Positions 50,401 to 59,400 of a stretch of 64,000 nt of DNA are shown in pieces. This DNA is from Perna viridis (taxonomy: Eukaryota). The position numbers and the translations under genes were made by a program. A model generated the notes under the pieces. It ran no database searches. It saw only the letters and a program-made list of their open reading frames with translations, and was not told where the DNA came from. How positions within the stretch are numbered: position 1 is the stretch's first letter; every line of letters begins with the position of its first letter. The stretch is taken from NCBI GenBank assembly GCA_037379345.1, contig CM074524.1:24920750-24984749 (forward strand). The letters run 5' to 3'.

Positions 50401-53400
50401 ACAACAAAAAACAAACCAATTACTCCAAAGAAGCATAGCACAATAACCATGACAACAACAGTAGAAACTGACCAATCATCAAACAGTTCATTGTTGACAA
50501 TAGGATTACCTATTTTGATAATACTTTTGATCATTATTGCAATACTGTTGTTTTTACTTCTGTTTATGAGATCAAGTAAGGAGGAAGAAAAGGAAGATTT
50601 ATGGCCATACTACAAGTATGATAGAAGGACCTTAGGCCCAGCTAATACTGTGTTCAAGTATAAAAAGTGTAAACAATGATAATTAAAAGTCATTCATAAA
50701 AATGTGGTATTATTTTTCATTTACACAAAATGAATTTTATATAGAGACTATGTCCTGAAATGAGATTGAACTCAAGATTTAACGGTCTATGAATACTGTG
50801 GAAGAATAATTGTACATAAGGTATGAATTCTTATGGTGTTAGTGGTTTGGTCAAACCATAAATTCAAAAGTCCATATGAACTGGCATTTGAGTTGAAAAC
50901 TAACAGGCTCTACTCAAATAAACAATAAAAAGGCTTTACAAACACAAAATTTGATACCCATGAAAATAGACTCCTTTATAGTACATTAGACCAATCTTTA
51001 CATTTACAATTACAATTTTCTCCAAACATTATATACTCTAAAGGAATACAAATGTCCTAGTTCTTAACCTAATCAATTACATATGAAGTTAATTTAAAAA
51101 AAATGTTGCCATTTTATTGATAAAATACTGCACTTTAATCCCCATCAATTGAAACTAACTGACTGTAGGAACAACTGAATACCACCACATATGTGTAAAT
51201 TACAGCTTATCAAAAACAACAAAGATTATTAGGATTTTTAGAAATACCCATATCAACTCCAAATAAAATTCTGATAATTATATTTCTATGTTATCATAAA
51301 TAATTTTCCATTGATGTGGGATAACAGTATTAAATGAAATAATTCCTTTACAAATGATATTTTTTTTTCTATTTGTATACTCCTACAGTAGTTGTGTACA
51401 TATACCTAGAACAGGACTTTCTCCTTTAAACATAAGAAAACTTTACAGATTAAACATATACATAGTTGAAACCTTTTATCAATGCAGTTTATTTCAAGAG
51501 GATATAATATAGAAGTTTCAAACAAGGGGAAATCCACAACCAAACCCACACCATTTTAATATCTTGTGAATTGCAACAAACATTACTTTGAATCCTGCAA
51601 TGTATCATTTTTCCTCTGCTGTTATAATGTACCCGGTCTTTGTTTAGATACACATCTTAGACCTACCCCAGAGGAGATATCTATCAGTTTCTGTGCCAGT
51701 ACAATGTACCCAGTCTTAGTTCAAATACACATCAATACCTTACCCAGAGGTGACATCTGTCAGTATTTCTGTCAGTATAATGTACCCAGTCTTTGTTTAA
51801 GTACATATCAAATACCTACCCCAGAAGAGATATCTGTCAGTTTCTGTGTCAGTACAATGTACCCAGTCTTAGTTCAAATACACATCAATACCTTACCCAG
51901 AGGTGACATCTGTCAGTATTTCTGTCAGTATAATGTACCCAGTCTTTAAGTACATATCAAATACCTACCCCAGAAGAGATATCTGTCAGTTTCTGTGTCA
52001 GTACAATGTACCCAGTCTTAGTTCAAATACACATCAATACCTTACCCAGAGGTGACATCAGTCAGTATTTCTGTCAGTATAATGTACCCAGTCTTTGTTT
52101 AAGTACATATCAAATATCTACCCCAAAAGAGACATTTGTCAGTATTTCTGTCAGTATAATGTACCCAATCTTTGTTTAAGTACATCAAATACCTACCCCA
52201 GAAGAGACATTTGTCAGTATTTCTGTCAATATAATGTACCCAGTCTTTGTTTAAGTACATATCAAATACCTACCCCAGAAGAGACATCTGTCAGTATCTG
52301 TGTCAGTATTATGTTAAACACGGCATGAGATCTGCTACTTTCATTGTTCATGTTAGTGGCAGCGACAGTTCTAGATTTATTTCCTTCACTCATAAGATTG
52401 TCTATGTCCTAAAAATAACAGGAATAAACTGACAAACCAGAAATACTGTGGGCAATCTCACAATGTGAACATCTCCTTCAAATAGGGGCAAATGATCAAT
52501 TCAAAACCCTTTCGTTATAGTATTTTCCTGTGGAGTCCCCTAGTAGTAGATATATTCCTTCATGCACATCTATATTTGAAGTCAAACTTCCCAAAATATT
52601 TTACCAAAATCCCAAATAGTGGTTATGGGGAAGTTGCACCTATAAGAAAAGTGGACAGATGAACCAATGGACAGACAGACAGACAGACAGGTTGATTCCT
52701 ATATACCCCTAAACTTTGTTAGTGGGGATAAAACTAGAAAATAGTTTTGTTCAGTCTTAACTTTTTTTTGTATGTCTTTGTTTTATTGAATGTTTTTACC
52801 AGAATTATTTGTACAAGGAGGGAAAAAAGAGTATTTCAATAATAAAACTTAAATGTATTGTATTAGACTAAATAAAAAAACAAAGTAAATAATTAAAACA
52901 TGTCAACACAGAGTGACAACCTCTCTTAATGTAAAAGTTTTACCTCAAACGATGAAACAGCTAACTGTGACAACCCATCAACATATGGTCCCAGTATATT
53001 ATGTTCCCTAACTTTTAAATTCTGTTTGCTCCTGAAAGAAAAAGGAAAAAAGAATAAAATCACAATTAAGTTTATTTTTGATAAAAATAACCTTGGCCTA
53101 ACCTTTCTGTTGCCAGATAAACCTAAAAATCTGATAGATGCAAAACCTAAACCATGTCTTACAAGTTGTTAACGAATATCAGTGTGAGGCTTCTCTTCAA
53201 ATCAAGAGTTACAAACAGGCAGACGGATAGTGTAAACTTACTTTGTAACCGTCAATAGATTGCCCTCTAGTTAAAGCAGGAACTGATACAAGTACTTTTT
53301 TCCCCTTATTATTGCATTTAAATGTCTGAAAACTTGAAACAGTCCATTTAGTTTTTTTCATGAAACCATTTAAAATACTGAGTTTTTGGTTCTTCTCCTC

Positions 53401-56400
53401 TTCATAAATAAGAAATTCTAACATTCATTTGTTTTAGTTTTGGTTCTCTCAATAAATTGGACCAGTTACAATACATGTCATACATATTTTTCAATACAGT
53501 AGAATAGAGTTATCTCCCCTTCCCCATCTTTACATGCAACTTGCAGGCATTCAATTTTAGAAGGAAAAAAACTCATCTGACATTTCATAAATCAAAGGGT
53601 AAAAAAAAGACAGGTTTTTAATCAATGTGAACACTGCTTTTCATTTTCTCATAAGTCAACACTGTAAGATGTTTCAGAGTGTCAAATTTGAGACAGACTA
53701 AATTTGAGTTCTGACAGCTTCCCATTGGATTTTCTAATAAGATTGATTTCTAAACTGGACTCAAAACCAATAATTTTTTCAGCCAACTATAGGACAATTT
53801 ACCATTGTTAGAGTTTTTCTTTCAATATAATTGTCAATAATTGTTTTTCTTCAGTTTGGTTGTTGACATTTGTGAAGAGAACACTATTTAGTAGTCTCAG
53901 AGTTCAAACCAAGGTCATATTTACATAAAAAATTGTATTGCTTGAGTTGTACTTTGACACTTGTTTCATTTTATAGATCTCAAATCAGGAATGAATCAAG
54001 AACACAAAAAATCTTGAACAACATTTTTTTTTTCTAAGATTTTCATAAAACTTATTTGTGATGCAAGTATAAGCTTTCAATGAGCATTCAGTTCAGAAAT
54101 AAATAAACAGCTTTGTGAACTTAACCACATGGCATACATGTTCCCACACTTTTCAGTATTGATAGTTAAATGATTTTGAAAAACAAACATATCACCTTGT
54201 TTAAAGTTTCTTTGTTTTACCTTTTCTTAATCAAGCCAAAAGCCATTTTTTTCAATTTTGCAGTTCCATTAAGCCATTTGGCTATGAAGCATTATTGAAT
54301 ACAAATCTAACTGGATGTGTTTCAAATGTTTGGGATTGTCTCGATCCCTTGGTATTTGAGACTAGATTACCTATTCTAATCACCCGTGGTTTCACCCGCC
54401 TTCTCCGCCAAAAAACCAGACAAATAAATGAGAAACTTATAAGTTGAATGACCATATTACAGAAATAGTCAATATCATAGAATTGGATGACAATTGGCGA
54501 TAAATGATATCTCTAGACACCGTCAGTCCAAATCAGACCGAACACCAGTTTTTATTTCCTCGACAAGATTAAGTCACAATGAACTATAATAAAGATAGAG
54601 CATTTTATAAACTCATTACGAAACAATGATGGCTATTATATGAGATTAAGTCAATTTTGCGATCTATAGATCTAAGAATTTATATTATTCAACATGTTGT
54701 ATTTCCATGCTGTAAATGATTTTAAACCAGACTGCATGTGTCTCAGATTAACGAATTAATCAAATGAACTATCAGAAATTCACTTTCTTGTGGATGCTAT
54801 ATTCTTGGAGAATCATTCAACTCTACAAAATTAGGTGTATTCATATTTTAAAAGGGAGGTAAATCAGTAAATATCTATCCATGTAATGTAAAGGTTCTTA
54901 TATTTGTGGGTATCGATTTCATCAAAATTGTGTTTCATTTTGGAAATTTACATTCATTGACTCAAGTAGAACCTCTTTGCATTGTACATAAATAATACAT
55001 TACTTAGGTATTTAGAATTCCTGGTCTCACTACCACAAAAATTGGTACCAAACAAAGCATAGTCTTTCTACAATAAATCCACAGAACTGTTTGACATGAT
55101 GAATCTATTTTTCAAGTTTCTTTAACCTGAACTGATCAATCAATACAGTTCACAACATCTTATCTTCAGCTGAGGTGTGGCCAAGAAGGAAAACTTTAAA
55201 AATTAAGAATTTAGAAATTAAAATTGGAAAAAAAACATATTGAATTGAAAACCATTCCCATTAGTTTAAGGGTTTCCAAGTTTTAATTGAAGAAAAATTG
55301 TTGAAACACATACATACCCATCTTCCAATACCCTACAAGCACATATCTATTTGCATATGTACGTAAATTAAATATAAGTATAAGTACACATGTACCATAC
55401 TAAGTAAATCTTATAAGTTAAACGCCTAATAGAGGAGGCATAAGACAGAAACACAGAGTGATTCAGTCCATGACTACAAATCTTCAGTGTTACAGCAACA
55501 TCACGATAACTTTTTTACAAGATTTATTTCTCATTTCAAATATGGAAAAAAGCATTTTAAGACTGCATTTCACAACACAAGGCCAATTTGCAGCTTTTAT
55601 TTTAGCAACAAGATTAAATCTTAATAATATGAAACCAAGAAAGAGTATTAAATAAAGTAATTCTAATACAATTATAGCCCATGGAGGCACATTATTGAAT
55701 TTCTATGAGATTTTAAGGAAAGTTTATAATCCTGAAATCAGACAGAATTTTCTCTAGAAAATATTTGTTAATGCCAATTTAATTATCTCAATGCTATTTC
55801 TATGATGTGATTATGACGTAATAGCAGTAAAATATTCCTAGAAAGGCATTGTTAAAATGTCTATTCAGTACATGTACAGTATCATTTCACAGGGGTGTAC
55901 TAGATCAGTAATGGGCTGACAACAATGTGGGCTTGATAATCATCTTAGAGATCTGCAAATGTTTAAGGCTGCATGTTTTTGGGGCAATTTTGTTCCCATT
56001 TGAATAAAATCTCACCCAACCAAAGCTGCTAAATGAGGCAAAGGTATTATAATTTTGTAAAGTGTATTTCAATTATTTTCTTGTTATAAAATTAAGATTT
56101 AACTTCTAACTGCACAACTTGAAACAATTTGATTCTGAATAATACTTTATTTTTTTTATAAAGGTTCAGAGGCATTAAGACCTATTTTTTGCCCCATCTG
56201 AAAACCACTTGTTTTCAAGTCAAATGATACTGTTTTGCCAGAAAGTCCTGAATTACATATTTTTTTTAAAAAAACATCTCAGTTGTTAAATATATCAGAA
56301 CATATAGTAGGCTAACACTAGTAAAGTCCAATGATATATGGTGAGAACTTAGTGCCAATAGCTTCTGCACAACACAAACACATACAATAAGCCCCAGTGA

Positions 56401-59400
56401 AAATGAAATACTACGAAAGAACTTTAATTCATGGATACTTATTTTTGTGGATTAGGGAAGATACCCAAGTTCATGGATTCTTAATTTTGTGATTTTTAGG
56501 TTTTCACAATACACATCAATGGAAATCTTCTTTTCGTTGGGAACTAAACTTCAAGGTTTGGCCTTTCCATGAAAACCCCCAAAAATGGTACCCCACAAAC
56601 AATAGTACTTTCACACCACTGCAGGACTGACAGATATGTCTGGTAAAAATATCTTTGGTCCTGTAAAAAATATTGGGTTTTTTTTCAGTTGCCCAGATAG
56701 AAGAAAAGTTCAAAATATGAGATTTGACCTGGTCATCTCTAAACCCAACTTCACAGAAACTGTAAGCCCATCCCTTTTTTTCTTGTCAATTATAAGGCAA
56801 AATTTGAGAAAAGGATGAAATTAATTTGAGATTACAAAAATTCAGCCAAAATCCATAATAATCTGTTGAGCATTTATAAAGACTTATTTTCACAACTTGT
56901 GGATGGACAGAAAACATGTTAAATATCAAACTACATCCTTCAAAAGACAACAGTATAAAATTATTTCAGATACCGGTGCTTACAAAATTGATTTTTTTAA
57001 AATAACTAACTGAGTATACAAATTCACTTTTTGAAAATGTAAAATGTGTATGAAGAGAAGATAGATCTAACATAGGATTTATGTTTTTTACAATCCAAAT
57101 CATGTCACTGAGTGAAGATCACTAACAACAGAAAACGGCCAATTGTTGACTTCATAGCTAAAGAGAAAAAGAGTCTCGTCACTGAAGTGAAATTTATACA
57201 ATTCAGTTATCCATGGCTGCAAGCATCTCTAGAGCATTCATTTTAAACTACGTTAATAGCTGTTTTTATTTAATGTGAAGGAACCAAAAATATGTGGACA
57301 TGATCATTGTTGTATGGATATATAACACTAAACCAGAGCTAGTATTGTCCTGATTCTGCTGATAAATAAGGCAAAGCAAGGTGATAATTAGGTTTTCTTT
57401 TAATTCACAATAAAGGCAAGGAATCAGTAATCAATCTTATTGTTCTCTTAATTTCATGACTAAGAACTAAATAAACTAGAATCTTTGAAAGGAATTGAAA
57501 TAGAAGAAAACCATCACTATCTATTATAAAAATTTGGCTGACAAACTTCAATGAACCTAGGTAATATTGTAAACAAAGTGTTCCACACCAGGCAATCTCT
57601 ATAAAGGTGTGGCTTCAGTTAAAAGTGTAGTCTCCACCTTTTTATTTAAACTCATAACAGAATCCATTTTTAATTTAATTATTACTAAAATATATTATGA
57701 ATACATATACCTAAACACAAAATCACTGAATTGTCAATTTAAATTGAGATAACTCACTTTTTTTACCAAAGATTGACTAAATTAAATTAAATTAAATTAA
57801 AGAGGTTATCAGATGTTTTGGGATATCTATTTCTAAAATTACCAACACACTATCAAAACAATTCTAAACTTAAAATTCATTTTTTTTCTGTGACAATGGC
57901 TTCTATAAATATCAATTACAATACAGACTCTATCAGTTTCATTATTTACCATATTTAATAGTATTTATTATTTATTCAACATATTTTAAATTAGTCTGTA
58001 TTCCATATTTCATATATTAGTGCCTATTTCATATTGGCTTATTTTCTTAAAATATTAATTTTTTTCTACTCTGCTGAGTATCCTACTTCTGGCAATACAC
58101 TACCACTTGAAAGTGATATGTTGATGAGGCCAAAAACTGGTGTTAATGCCCACACTCCTTTCCAAACTATTTCTGAATTACAATTATGACCAGATATTTT
58201 TTGGAATGAAAAGACTGCACACAGTAATGCTTTGGAAAAACATTTCAGAGTGGTCAATATACATGTATCATGAGACACAAGAACTAAAATTCTTTCAATA
58301 ATTCTACATACGATGCAGACCAATAAGGCAACATGAATATGTGGTCCCACTTGAACAAACCCCCTAACAGAAACAACCATGTATTTGTGGTACCAGACAG
58401 TAACCAAGGGAACCAGGATTCTAGCAGAAATCAAAAGAATGTAATCCAGACACACACAACAAAAAACATAAAATAACCAAAATAATACACACAAAGTAAC
58501 AAAAGTAAATGAGCAACTAAGACTCCACTAAAAACTGGGAGCATGGACCAGGTGCACTGGTAGGGTAAGCATCATCTGCCTTTCTAGAAACACCAGATTA
58601 GTATTTCATTGATTGTAAAGTTTTTTGCATATAATTGTTGAGCTCTTTTTTGAAACATCTACCTTTATGGGTGCTTTGCAAAAGACACTGATTTTTTAGT
58701 TTTATGTTTCTACCAGGGAGGTGGCTATATTATCCTTTTGGAATGTACAGGCAGTTAGGCTACAATTTATATCTCTATAGATAATTGTTCTATATCCTTT
58801 ATATGCCAAAATGACATTATTTAGTGGAATTTATTCAATAACTACTCATCATTCTTTTCATACAGAAAAGCAGACAATTCTAGCATCCAAAAAATAATTG
58901 TTTCTTTGCTCATACTATGATACAATGACAGCTGATTGAACTATTTATTTAAAAACAGATTCTCAAGAATTATTTTTAGAGATATGGATAATGTACTTGA
59001 TAGAAAAAATGATTGAATCAAATCCCACACAACTGTTCCATATAGACCTACACCAAATCCTTGACCTATATCCATCCACTTCCAGGTCAATACATTCATA
59101 TTAAGTCTTTGTCATATTGATTCCAACATTTTCCATTATTTTATTAAGAAGTAACAACCGTTGCTTTATTTAACATTGATGGTATTAGTCAGAAACAATT
59201 ACTATTCCAAAAAGAGCAGATTTGCTAGCTAATCAAGGAAATGACTATTAAAAGACCAATTCTAATTTTGTCTCTGCTTTTTGTTTTGATTTGTTTGTTT
59301 CCATAATTTTTTAGGTCCTTTTCATGTTTTTTTTTTTATACTACCTACCCTTTAGGGTCAAGGAGATCATGAACTTTCTCATTGTAAATTTCCATATATG

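Noticed and set aside
50655-50679. Di-lysine ER-retrieval signal at the LRR protein C-terminus (KYKKCKQ)
   Set aside because: The lysines are at -2, -4 and -5, not the -3/-4 or -3/-5 positions that KKxx/KxKxx requires
51566-52432. Plus-strand Cys-rich repetitive ORFs ([12 protein letters not shown]...)
   Set aside because: Antisense reading of the exon-junction tandem repeat
58066-58494. 142-aa minus-strand ORF
   Set aside because: Starts within the dispersed repeat; no domain features; lies in a KIF13 intron whose flanking exons join without it
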